From Caulobacter sp. (GTDB lineage: Bacteria; Pseudomonadota; Alphaproteobacteria; Caulobacterales; Caulobacteraceae), in contig NZ_JBAPVS010000142.1 in assembly GCF_049283275.1 (NCBI RefSeq), positions 31,752-95,751 on the forward strand: a stretch of 64,000 nucleotides of DNA, in the 5' to 3' direction. Under the pieces are notes generated by a model. That model was not told the DNA's origin and ran no database searches. It saw only the letters and a list, made by a program, of their open reading frames with translations. Of this stretch, positions 20,359 to 29,803 are shown one piece after another. Made by a program: the position numbers and the translations under genes. Position 1 is the first letter of the stretch, and the number at the start of each line of letters is the position of its first letter.

Positions 20359-21702
20359 TCAGCCGGCTCTCTGGAACGGATAGAAGTCTCCGCCAAGGTC
20401 GAGGATCGTCGTCAATTCGTCCAGCGCCTCGCGGCTCTCGACGATCAGCGCCGGATCGGTCAGGTCGGCCGGGGCGAGTCGGTCGCGATAGTGGCGCTCG
20501 GCCCACGTGTTCAGGCGATCGTGCAGGTTCGCATCCAGCCGCTGGCCGGGATTGGTCGCCGCCAGCTCGACGTCGGTAAGCACCACCCGCAGCCTCAGGC
20601 AGGCCGGGCCGCCGCCGTTGCGCATGCTCTGGCGCACATCGACATACTCCACCCGGCCGATCGGGCCGTTCGAACCCGCCAGGGCCTGGGCGGCCGCGTG
20701 GGCCCGCGGATTGTCGCGCGTCTCGCCCGGCGCCAGCAGCACCAGGCGATCCTCGCCGGGCAGGACCAGCAGTTGGGAATTGAACAGATAGCTCTTCACC
20801 AGGTCGTCCATCGGCAGGTCAGCCTCGCTGATCTCGACGAAGACCGGTTCGAACAGACCGTCGGCCGCGCGGCGGACGCCTTCCTCCATCGCCGCGCGAT
20901 CCTCGAAGGCGCGCTCATGGAACAGCAGGCACTCGCGCGTGCCGACACAGACCACGTCATTGTGGAACGCCCCGGCCTCGATCGCGGCCTTAGCCTGACG
21001 GGCGAAGACGCCGCGCGCCGCGCCGTGGCGACGCGCGATCGCCTCGAAGGCCTCGCGAGTCTGGCGAGCGGGGTAACGGCCGTCCCAGTGCTCGAACGCT
21101 TCGCGTCCCCACACGAACAGATTGACCCCGGCCTCGCCATGGTCGGCGCACAACCGCACATGGTTGGCCGCCCCCTCGTCGGCGAAGTGCGCCTGGGCCG
21201 GCAGCGGGTCGTGCACGGCGAACCGCCTCTCGTCAGGGAACAAGCGGCGCAGGGCCCGGGCCGTCTGCCGGCCCTCCAGGCTACGGTGCAGATTGGTCAG
21301 CAGATTGGCGGGCGTGAAATGCACCCGGCCGTCGGCGGTGTCGGCGCTGGGCGTGACCGTGGCGGCGTTGGCGGCCCACATCGGCGAGGCCGAGCAAGAC
21401 GCCGCCGCCAACGCCGGCGCGTCTTTCCAGGCCTTTTCCAGCACCTGCGCGTCCGAGCCTGAAAAGCCGATCGCCCGCAGCAGCGTCAGATCCGGCCGCT
21501 CGTGCGGCGGCAGCACGAACTGCGGCACGCCCCAGTCGGCCAGCTTGCGCATCTTGGTCAGGCCTTCCAGCACCGCGGCGCGCGGGTTGGAAACTTCGCC
21601 GGCGTTGATCTGACTGGCGATGTTGCCGGGCGACAGCCCGACATACGAGTGGGTCGGCCCCACCAGACCGTCGCAATTGACCTCGACCGCCCGCGAGGTC
21701 AT
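20359..21702 (-). CDS. astB: N-succinylarginine dihydrolase
   Basis: EVNCDGLVGPTHSYVGLSPGN, DEGAANH, AFHNDV, SMRNGGGPACLRLRV. Confidence 0.97.
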   Translation of the reverse strand: MTSRAVEVNCDGLVGPTHSYVGLSPGNIASQINAGEVSNPRAAVLEGLTKMRKLADWGVPQFVLPPHERPDLTLLRAIGFSGSDAQVLEKAWKDAPALAAASCSASPMWAANAATVTPSADTADGRVHFTPANLLTNLHRSLEGRQTARALRRLFPDERRFAVHDPLPAQAHFADEGAANHVRLCADHGEAGVNLFVWGREAFEHWDGRYPARQTREAFEAIARRHGAARGVFARQAKAAIEAGAFHNDVVCVGTRECLLFHERAFEDRAAMEEGVRRAADGLFEPVFVEISEADLPMDDLVKSYLFNSQLLVLPGEDRLVLLAPGETRDNPRAHAAAQALAGSNGPIGRVEYVDVRQSMRNGGGPACLRLRVVLTDVELAATNPGQRLDANLHDRLNTWAERHYRDRLAPADLTDPALIVESREALDELTTILDLGGDFYPFQRAG

Positions 21703-23150
21703 TCGCGCAGGCCCTTGATATCACTCAGGGTATTGATCACGCCTTGCGCTTCGAAACTGGCCACGGGATAGGCGCAATAGTCGGCGGCGTAATAGGCGCT
21801 GGGCCGGTGGTTGCCCGAGCTGCCAAGGCCGCCGAATGGCATGGTCCCGGCCGCCCCCGTGGTCGGCCGGTTCCAGTTGACGACGCCGGCCCGGATGCGC
21901 TTGAGGAATTGGTCCCAACGTGCTGTTTCGTTGGAGATAAGTCCGGCTGAAAGTCCATACCGCGTGGCGTTGGCGGCGGCGATCGCCTCGTCGAACGATC
22001 CGACCCGGCGCACCTGCAGGAGCGGCGCGAACAGCTCCTCGTCGGGCACGGTCTCGCCAGTGACGTCGATCAGGCCCGGCGAGACGAACGCCCCGCTCAG
22101 ACCGTCGACCGCCGTCATGGCGCGCACGGTCTGGCCGGGCATGGCCTCGGCGCCGGCCAGGGCCATGGCGGCGGCGCGGTCGGAGATCAACGGCCCCATG
22201 AACGGCTCTTCGGGGCCATTCCAGGGACCGATCACCAGGCGTTCGGACAAGGCCGCCACGGCGTCGATCACCGCCCGCCCCGTCGCGTCGTCCGGGACAA
22301 TCAGCCGCCGGGCGCACGAGCACCGCTGGCCGGTGGTGATGAAGGCGGACTGCACGACCAGGGCGGCCACGGCCTCGGCGTCGCCAGCCTCCCAGACCAC
22401 CAGCGGATTGTTGCCGCCCAGCTCCAGCGCCAGGATCACGTCCGGCCGGTCGGCGAAGTGGCGGCGGAAAAAGGCGCCGGCGCTGGCCGAGCCGGTGAAC
22501 AGCAGGCCGTCGATCTCCTGGTCGATCAGGGCCTGGCCGACCTCGCGCCCGCCCTGAACCAGGTTGACGACGCCGGGCGGCACGCCGGCCGCTTCCAAGG
22601 CTTCGACCAACAGCTGGCCGGCCAGGGGCGTTTCCTCCGACGGCTTGAACACCACGGTGTCGCCCGCCAGCAGGGCCGGCACGATGTGGCCGTTGGGGAG
22701 GTGGCCGGGGAAGTTGAACGGTCCCAGCACGGCCATCACCCCATGCGGACGATGGCGCAGCACCGCGCGGCCGAAAGCCATCTGGCTGGCGTGCTCGCCG
22801 GTGCGTTCGTCATAGGCCTTGATCGAGGCCTCGACCTTGCCGGCCATCGAGCCCAGCTCGGCCTTGGTCTCCCACAGCGCCTTGCCGGTCTCGCGGCTCA
22901 GAGCCTCGGCGAAGGCCGCCGTGTTGGCGACGAGCGCATCCTTATACCGGCGCAGGACCGCGATCCGCGCCTCGCGCGGCAGATCGGCCCAAGCAGGGAA
23001 AGCCTTGCGAGCGGCTGCGACCGCCGCCGCCACGTCGGTCGGACTGGCCGTCGCCTGGCGCCAGATCACCTCGCCGGTGGTCGGATCGACCGAGGTCGCC
23101 TCGGAACCCGCGCCGCCCCGCCAGACGCCGTCGACGAATACGCCCTTCAT
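21699..23150 (-). CDS. astD: succinylglutamate-semialdehyde dehydrogenase
   Basis: GPFNFPGHLPNGHIVPAL, ALELGGNNP, TTGQRCSCARR, HRPSAYYAADYC. Confidence 0.96.
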   Translation of the reverse strand: MKGVFVDGVWRGGAGSEATSVDPTTGEVIWRQATASPTDVAAAVAAARKAFPAWADLPREARIAVLRRYKDALVANTAAFAEALSRETGKALWETKAELGSMAGKVEASIKAYDERTGEHASQMAFGRAVLRHRPHGVMAVLGPFNFPGHLPNGHIVPALLAGDTVVFKPSEETPLAGQLLVEALEAAGVPPGVVNLVQGGREVGQALIDQEIDGLLFTGSASAGAFFRRHFADRPDVILALELGGNNPLVVWEAGDAEAVAALVVQSAFITTGQRCSCARRLIVPDDATGRAVIDAVAALSERLVIGPWNGPEEPFMGPLISDRAAAMALAGAEAMPGQTVRAMTAVDGLSGAFVSPGLIDVTGETVPDEELFAPLLQVRRVGSFDEAIAAANATRYGLSAGLISNETARWDQFLKRIRAGVVNWNRPTTGAAGTMPFGGLGSSGNHRPSAYYAADYCAYPVASFEAQGVINTLSDIKGLRE

Positions 23151-24151
23151 GCCTTCACCCGCACCATTTCGCCGTCCTTGACGCCCAGGGCCGCCGCGGC
23201 GTCCCGGCCGATGACGGCGCTCTCGCCGTCGATCAGCACCGGCGCGCGCACGGCCCGGAAACGGGCGATCGCGCCCGAGCAGACCAGGGCCTCCTCGCCA
23301 TAGGCGTCCTCGCCCAGCCGCACGCGCAACCGCCGGCCCTCACGCACCGTCTTGATGTCGTCGCGTCGCGCCGCCACCGTCGGGCCTGCGTCGAAGATGT
23401 CGACTAGCCCCGCGAAGCGAAAACCCTCGGCCTCCAGCATGGCCCGCGCCGCCTCGCCTTCGCGGTGCACGCGGCCGATGGTCTCCGAGGCCGCCTGGGG
23501 CAACAGTTCGGCGTAGATCGGATGACGCGGCGCCAAATCCAGGATGAACTGGCCGTCGGTGGAGGCGCTCATCATGTCGGCCTCGTCGAATTCCAGTCGG
23601 AAGAACTTGCTCGCCACATGGTCCCAGAACGGACAGCCGCCGTCGTCGTCGAACCAGCCGCGCAGCTCGGCCAGCACCATTTCGGCGAAGCGTTGCGGCT
23701 CCAGCCCGATCAGCATGTAGCGCGACTGGGCCAGCAGCCTCCCGGCCCCGCCCTTGCGGCGCTCGGGTTTGAGGAACAGCGAACCGACCTCCGACCAGCC
23801 GGCGCACTCGTTGACCAGCACCAGGGCCCGGTGGTCGAACCGCTTGTCCAGGGTCGGCGAAGACTGGGCCAGAGTCACGACGCGGAACGAGAAATGCGGG
23901 CGCTTGAGGCCCACCCCCGCCTTCACCCCGGCCACGCCGATCACGTCGCCTTCCGCCAAGTCCTCGAGCATCAGGGTGAACCAGGCCTCGGGCGCGGCGA
24001 CTTCGGACTGGAAACTGGCCTCGGACAACGCCAGGCGGGCGCGCAGGGTCTGCTCATCCTCCGGCAGGCTGGTGAAGCCACGGCCCGACAACACGGCCAG
24101 CTCCATCAGGCTGTCGAAATCGGCGGGCGTCGCGGGACGGACGACAAGCAT
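23147..24151 (-). CDS. astA: arginine N-succinyltransferase
   Basis: GFTSLP, SEVGSLFL, SRYMLI, AELRG, PFW, DIFDAGP. Confidence 0.95.
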   Translation of the reverse strand: MLVVRPATPADFDSLMELAVLSGRGFTSLPEDEQTLRARLALSEASFQSEVAAPEAWFTLMLEDLAEGDVIGVAGVKAGVGLKRPHFSFRVVTLAQSSPTLDKRFDHRALVLVNECAGWSEVGSLFLKPERRKGGAGRLLAQSRYMLIGLEPQRFAEMVLAELRGWFDDDGGCPFWDHVASKFFRLEFDEADMMSASTDGQFILDLAPRHPIYAELLPQAASETIGRVHREGEAARAMLEAEGFRFAGLVDIFDAGPTVAARRDDIKTVREGRRLRVRLGEDAYGEEALVCSGAIARFRAVRAPVLIDGESAVIGRDAAAALGVKDGEMVRVKA

Positions 24152-24153
24152 GC

Positions 24154-25410
24154 TCAACGAGTCTCCGCGAGATCGGTCATGGCGGCGCGCAGGGCGGGAC
24201 CGTCGATCTCGCTGCTCGCCAGTTTCATCAGGATCAGGGCCGACAGCTGGGCGCGCTCGACAAAGCTGTCGGGCCATGCGTGCTCGGCTTCGCTGTGGAT
24301 GTCGCCGCCACGAACCCCCAGGGTGTCGACGTTGGGAAGGCCCGAAGCGAACAGGTTATTGCCCTCGCAGACCCCGCCGGACGGTTTCCAGGCGATCTCC
24401 TGCCCCAGCAGCGCGCCGGCCTCCTTCACCGCCCCGAACAAGCGCTGCTGAGCGGCGTTGAACGGCTTGGCTCCGCGGGTGATGCGGCCGTGCAGATGGG
24501 CGTGCAACCCCTCGCCCGTGGAAGCGGTGATCTTGCCGATCTCGTCCTCGAACCAGGCCGCGTCCTCGTCCGCCGGGAAGCGCACGTTGAAACGGACCAC
24601 GGCGACGTCAGGCACCATGTTCAGCGGCGAGCCGCCGTCGATCTTGGCGATGTTGCAGGTCACACCCTCGCGCTGCCCGTTCAGGGCGTGCAGAGCCTGG
24701 GCGATCCGCGCGGCCTCCATCACCGCGTTGCGGCCTGCGGGGAAGTCGCGACCGGCGTGGGCGGCCTTGCCGTGGACCACGATGTGGAAGTTGCCCGATC
24801 CCTTGCGGGCGCTGGCCAGAGACCCGTCGGCCAAGGCCGGCTCGTAGGTCAGGCCCACATGTCCCAGGTGCGCGAACTGCGCCAGAATCGGGGCCGAGGC
24901 GACCGAGCCGATCTCCTCGTCGGGCGACAGCAGCACGCGATAGCCGACCCGCGCGGCCAGAGGGTGACGCTCGAAAGCCTCCAGCGCCGCCAGCATGACC
25001 GAAATTCCGCCCTTCATGTCGGCGATCCCCGGTCCGTGCAGGGCGCCGTCCGGGCGCGTCGTGACCGTCCGGAAGGCCGAGGTCTCGGGATAGACGGTGT
25101 CGTAGTGGCCGGTCAGCACGACCTGGACCGGCGCTTCGGGCCGCACGACCACGGCGATCGCCGCTGGATGGGCTTGCTCGCCGATCCGACCATCGGAACC
25201 GACCTCAGGCGAGGCGCCCAGCGGGATGTCGGTGGGCGCGGCCGGAAGGCCGGCGAAGGCGTCGAGCAAAACTTGCCGCTGACGCTCTAGACCGCCCAGG
25301 TGCCGGCTTCCGGAGTTTATGGCGCACCAGGCCACCGCCCGATCGATGATCAGGGGCCCCTGATCGGCCAGATGTCGCAGAACGGCGCGATCCTCGTCGT
25401 TGAGTCGCAT
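24154..25410 (-). CDS. M20-family metallo-amidohydrolase heading the ast operon
   Basis: Metal ligands GHYDTV, ADMKGG, PDEEIGS, YEP, DIHS. Confidence 0.85.
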   Translation of the reverse strand: MRLNDEDRAVLRHLADQGPLIIDRAVAWCAINSGSRHLGGLERQRQVLLDAFAGLPAAPTDIPLGASPEVGSDGRIGEQAHPAAIAVVVRPEAPVQVVLTGHYDTVYPETSAFRTVTTRPDGALHGPGIADMKGGISVMLAALEAFERHPLAARVGYRVLLSPDEEIGSVASAPILAQFAHLGHVGLTYEPALADGSLASARKGSGNFHIVVHGKAAHAGRDFPAGRNAVMEAARIAQALHALNGQREGVTCNIAKIDGGSPLNMVPDVAVVRFNVRFPADEDAAWFEDEIGKITASTGEGLHAHLHGRITRGAKPFNAAQQRLFGAVKEAGALLGQEIAWKPSGGVCEGNNLFASGLPNVDTLGVRGGDIHSEAEHAWPDSFVERAQLSALILMKLASSEIDGPALRAAMTDLAETR

Positions 25411-25612
25411 GAATCCACTGTCTCCCTCAGTTCAAAACTAAACCAAGGGCCGCGGACAATTCGTGCTTCCTCGAACGGGGAAACCGGTAGCCCGCGCAAC
25501 AGCCTTGCTCCGAATAGGACCGATCCCGGTCGAAGCCAGGTCGGTATCCGGATCTGTCACTGCATCTTTGCCGCCGCCGTTTCGGGCCTGAGGCGCGAAC
25601 CGGCGAAGACAG

Positions 25613-28600
25613 TTAGTTGTAGTCCTTTCGCCAGCGGACGGAAAGCTGAGCATCGCCCTGGCTGCCGAGCTTGGAGACCAGCGACAAGGCGCGGCGGATC
25701 CGCCATTCGACCTGGGCTGAAGAGCCTTCACGCCCGCCGCCGATGATCTCGACATAGACATCGTCGGTCACGTACTTGCCGCCGGCCACGGTCATGCCTG
25801 TGGCGCTTTCGGCGAAGGACAGTCGGTCCAGCCCGGCCAGGTTGCGCAGGTTGCCGATCACGTCGAAGCCGCCGCCGCCGGCCAGCGCCGCCAGCGCCGA
25901 CGCCAGTTGTGCGGCCTCGATCGGGGTCAGATTGGCGGCCGACGAGCCGAACAGCACCTGGGAAAGCACCTCGTCCTGAGGCAGTTCGGGTTTGGAGGTC
26001 AGGGTGATCTCTGGCTTGGCGGCGGTGCCCCCCACCTTGACCACCGCGGTCAAGGCCGAATCCTCGCGCACGGCGGTCAGGTCCAGCCGGATGCGATCCA
26101 GCTGGGTGGCCAGACGCACCGTGCCGGTCTCCTCGAACTCGAAGCGCTTGCCGGCGAAGTCGTATTCGCCGCGCACCATTCGCGCCTCGCCGTCGAGGGT
26201 CGGACTGTTGGTCGAACCACCGACATGGGCGTTGAGCGACAGCTCAACGTCCAGGCCCCGGCCGCGAACGAAGATCCGCCGAGGGGCGGTCAAGGTGACG
26301 TCCAGCAACATGCCGCTGCCGGGTTCGACCTTGCGGGCCTCGATGCCCTGGTCCAGTTCGTCCGGACGATTGCGCTCGATGACGTCCAGCGAAACCACAC
26401 CGGCGGGGGTCTTGGTCTGGGCCGAGACGTCGGCGCGGTCGATGGTCAGGGCGCCGACCATCTTGACCTTGCCGTCGCTGCCACGATTGACCGTGGTCTG
26501 GCCGCTGGCCGTGGCCGTGGCCAACTCGTTGTCGATCACCCGGAAACCCTTCAGGTCCAGCTTGAAGCTGCCGAGCCCGCCGCGCGCCAGACTGATCCTG
26601 CCCGAACCCGACATCGAGCCGCCCTGGCCGTCGCCGGCCGAGACCTGGCTGACGTCGATGGCGTTGTCGGCCAGGGCCACGCGGACGATCACGTCGCGCA
26701 GGCTGAAGCCGGTTTGACCGTCGTCGACTCGGCCGCCCTCCAAGCTGGCGCGGCCGGTCAGGCGTGGATCGGCCAGGGTGCCGGCCAGATCGCCCTCTGC
26801 GTCGATCCTGCCCGACACACTGCGTTCCGAGCTGCCCAGCAGGTCCCACAGCGGCTTGATCTCGCCCTGAGCCGCGAACTGGCCGCGCACCGGACGCCGA
26901 CGATCGATGGCCAGGCGGAAGGGCTTGGCCGAGGCCTCGGTCGGCAGCGTCACTTCAGCCCTGGCCTGCAGGCCCTGGCTGTTGGAGCTGCTGGCGTTGA
27001 TCGTCATCAGGTTGTCGCGCAGCACGCCGCGGATTTCGGCGTTCAGCGAGAGGTCGGCTCGAGAGCCGCGCTCACGGGCTCCGATCAGGTTGGCGTCGAA
27101 CTCGCCGGTCAGGGTCGTCCCCGAACCGCTGAGCGTCACGTGGGCGTCGACCTTGCCGGCCATGTCGGGATTAAGCGCGGTCAGGCTGACCCCCGTCAGC
27201 TGTGCTCGGAGCATGGCCAGATCGCCGCCGACGTCGGCGTCAAGATCAGCCGCGCCGTCGCCGACCGACAGCCGCAAGCGGGCGCCTGTGCGCGGACCGC
27301 CGAAACGGATCTGAGCGGTCTCGCGGGTCTTGATCTCGGTGCGGGCCATTGCCCCAGCGGCGTCCAGCGCCAGCAGGTATTCAGGGCCCGATTGGGTCAG
27401 CACGCCCGAACCGCTCAGATTCCAGCGACCGGCGGGCGCTTCGCCCCGCGCCTCGACCGTCAGGGGCAGACGCGTCATCGGTCCCGCCGCCTTGACCGCC
27501 GCGTGTCGAACCTTCCAGGCGCCACCGACGATATCGTCGGCGGTCAGGTCCAGCTGCGCCATAGGGCCGGCCGCCCCGTCGGTAATCTTGGCTGTGCCGC
27601 TGACTCGGCCCCGGGTGAGGAAGGCGCCGGGCCCGATCGCCACCGTCAGATCGGCCGTGGCCGGACGACCGTTGCGAAGGGACACCGCGCCCTTGGCCTT
27701 GGCCCCGCCTGCGTCGACGTCCAGGTTGGAAAGCTCCAGCCCTCCCGGCGCGAAATTGAAGGCCGCGCGTCCCTTGGCCGGGCCATACTGGCTGCCGGCT
27801 TCGATCGAGGCGACGCCGTCGGCGCCGTCGGGACGCTTGGCGAAGGACAGCATCATATGGGCGTTCTTGAGCGGCAGGCGCGGCACGTCGATGGAGTCGA
27901 AATCGGCGACCAAGTCGGCCTTTGGCGACGACAGGGTTCCGATGACCGCCCCTGTGCCGGCGGCCTTGCCGGCGACTTCGATCGGACCGGCGATGAACGG
28001 TCCCGTGGCGGTCCAATCCAGTTTGAACGCCAGCGCCGCGCCCGGACCGAGCACGCCGGAGGTCCGCACCGAGGCGGCCGTTCCGTCGAGCTTCGCCTCG
28101 GCGACCGACAGGCGGTCACCGGCCCAGGAAGCGCGGGCGTCCAGGCGTGGGGTCTTGCCTAGCAGGCGGTCCAGCTCCGGCAGACCCGTGGCGAAATTGG
28201 CGCCGCGCGCATCCACGGTCAGCATCCAGGGCTTGCCCGCGCCCTGACTGGCCGACCATTTCGCGGTGGCCTGCCCCCCCATCCCGGCATGAACCGGGGC
28301 CAGGGAGGCCACCTTCGCCTCGCCCTTGAAGGACAGGCCGCCCAGAATGCCGCGCTCGCCTTCAGCTGTAATGGTCAGGTTTGGAGCCTGGACCTTGGCC
28401 GAGCGGATCAGGAAGCGGCCGTCCTTCAACCGCAGTCCTTCGAATTGGGCCGAGGGAGAACGGCCAAGCACCGCCAGCAGCCCCTGCCCCCCGCCGCCCT
28501 CGGTCGTCGCTTCGGCCTTGATGGTCAGCTCGCCACGCTTCCAGCCGACAGTTGCCGGCCCCCTGGCCCGCGCCAGGCGATAGCCCAGCCAGGAAAGGTC

Positions 28601-29803
28601 ACGGACGTCGACACGGCTGTCGACCAGGAAGCCGTCGCCGGTCAGATGGAAGACCCCGTCCGCGACGCCGGCCCCCATGGGCGGCAGCGGCGTGACCCGG
28701 GAGAGATTGCCGATCTTGGCGGTGAAGGTCAGACCCGCGGGAGCGGTCAGGCGCTTGCCCAGGTCGGCCGGGCCATGGGCGACCAAGTTTAGATTCTGAC
28801 TGTCGATCTTGAGGTCGAGAATGCTGAACGCGCCGGCCTTGCGGCCGACGATCGAGAAGCGGGCGTCGGCCCCGAACATCCGCTCCTCGCGGTCGGTCAG
28901 GGTGGAGGCTGTCAGGTCGATATGGCCGGCGGCCGAACCGCCCTGCGGCGTCCAGGCTCCCCCCGCCTTCAGCGGCGTGGCGTCGCCGGAGCGCGCCAGG
29001 ATGGTGAAGGCGCCCTGGCTGACGGCGCCATGGGCCTTGGCGTTGAGGTCGAAAGGCCTATCGGGCGACAGACCCAAGGCCCCTGCCAAGGCGCCGCCGT
29101 TGGCCTCACGCGCCTCGGCGTCGAGCAGCAGGGTCTTGTCGCGCCCAAGATCGAAGACCAGCTTCAGGTGATCGCCGGCATGCAGGCGGCTGAGCACCCG
29201 CAGATTGCCCTTCTGCCCGCCCAACCTCTGGGACTCGTAGTCGCCGCTGAGGTCAAAATCGCCGGCCCGGCGACTGAATTCGGGCCGCGTGATCAGGCGC
29301 AGGGCGACACGGTCCAGATCCACCGATAGCGGCGCGGCGCTGGACTTGCCCTTGGGGGTCAGGGTCGGGCGGCGCAGCACCACGACCTGACGGGCGGAGA
29401 TGGTGTCGGCGTGGAAGCGGCGGTAGAACAGCTCGGTCGGGCGCCAGTCGACATAGAGGTCGGCGGCCTCGAGCCAGACACCCTTTTCGTCGCTGATCGT
29501 CAGGCGCCGGACGCCGAAGGCGTTCCAGATGTCGCCGGTCAGGCCTTCGATCTTCAAACGCCCGATGCGGCCCAACTTCAGGCCGCTGGTGCGCGCCTCC
29601 ATGAACGCGCGTCCTTGGGGCGTGATGGCTCCAAAACGCAAACCGCCCAACAGCACGGCGACCAGCACCACAAGGCTCACCGAAACGATGATGATCAGAC
29701 CGGGCCAGCCGATCTTGCGCGCGACCTTGGTCGCCGCCTCGGCTACGACTTCGGGAATGTCCTCAGGCGGTGGACCGCCAGGTGGTTGCTGGGCTTCGGT
29801 CAA
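25613..29803 (-). CDS. tamB: translocation and assembly module subunit TamB
   Basis: About 1396 aa; N-terminal TM anchor, Gly-rich beta repeats, C-terminal DUF490 (IFVRGRGLDVEL...AGGKYVTDDVYVE...RWRKDY). TTG start overlaps the tamA stop (TTGA). Confidence 0.9.
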   Translation of the reverse strand: MTEAQQPPGGPPPEDIPEVVAEAATKVARKIGWPGLIIIVSVSLVVLVAVLLGGLRFGAITPQGRAFMEARTSGLKLGRIGRLKIEGLTGDIWNAFGVRRLTISDEKGVWLEAADLYVDWRPTELFYRRFHADTISARQVVVLRRPTLTPKGKSSAAPLSVDLDRVALRLITRPEFSRRAGDFDLSGDYESQRLGGQKGNLRVLSRLHAGDHLKLVFDLGRDKTLLLDAEAREANGGALAGALGLSPDRPFDLNAKAHGAVSQGAFTILARSGDATPLKAGGAWTPQGGSAAGHIDLTASTLTDREERMFGADARFSIVGRKAGAFSILDLKIDSQNLNLVAHGPADLGKRLTAPAGLTFTAKIGNLSRVTPLPPMGAGVADGVFHLTGDGFLVDSRVDVRDLSWLGYRLARARGPATVGWKRGELTIKAEATTEGGGGQGLLAVLGRSPSAQFEGLRLKDGRFLIRSAKVQAPNLTITAEGERGILGGLSFKGEAKVASLAPVHAGMGGQATAKWSASQGAGKPWMLTVDARGANFATGLPELDRLLGKTPRLDARASWAGDRLSVAEAKLDGTAASVRTSGVLGPGAALAFKLDWTATGPFIAGPIEVAGKAAGTGAVIGTLSSPKADLVADFDSIDVPRLPLKNAHMMLSFAKRPDGADGVASIEAGSQYGPAKGRAAFNFAPGGLELSNLDVDAGGAKAKGAVSLRNGRPATADLTVAIGPGAFLTRGRVSGTAKITDGAAGPMAQLDLTADDIVGGAWKVRHAAVKAAGPMTRLPLTVEARGEAPAGRWNLSGSGVLTQSGPEYLLALDAAGAMARTEIKTRETAQIRFGGPRTGARLRLSVGDGAADLDADVGGDLAMLRAQLTGVSLTALNPDMAGKVDAHVTLSGSGTTLTGEFDANLIGARERGSRADLSLNAEIRGVLRDNLMTINASSSNSQGLQARAEVTLPTEASAKPFRLAIDRRRPVRGQFAAQGEIKPLWDLLGSSERSVSGRIDAEGDLAGTLADPRLTGRASLEGGRVDDGQTGFSLRDVIVRVALADNAIDVSQVSAGDGQGGSMSGSGRISLARGGLGSFKLDLKGFRVIDNELATATASGQTTVNRGSDGKVKMVGALTIDRADVSAQTKTPAGVVSLDVIERNRPDELDQGIEARKVEPGSGMLLDVTLTAPRRIFVRGRGLDVELSLNAHVGGSTNSPTLDGEARMVRGEYDFAGKRFEFEETGTVRLATQLDRIRLDLTAVREDSALTAVVKVGGTAAKPEITLTSKPELPQDEVLSQVLFGSSAANLTPIEAAQLASALAALAGGGGFDVIGNLRNLAGLDRLSFAESATGMTVAGGKYVTDDVYVEIIGGGREGSSAQVEWRIRRALSLVSKLGSQGDAQLSVRWRKDYN

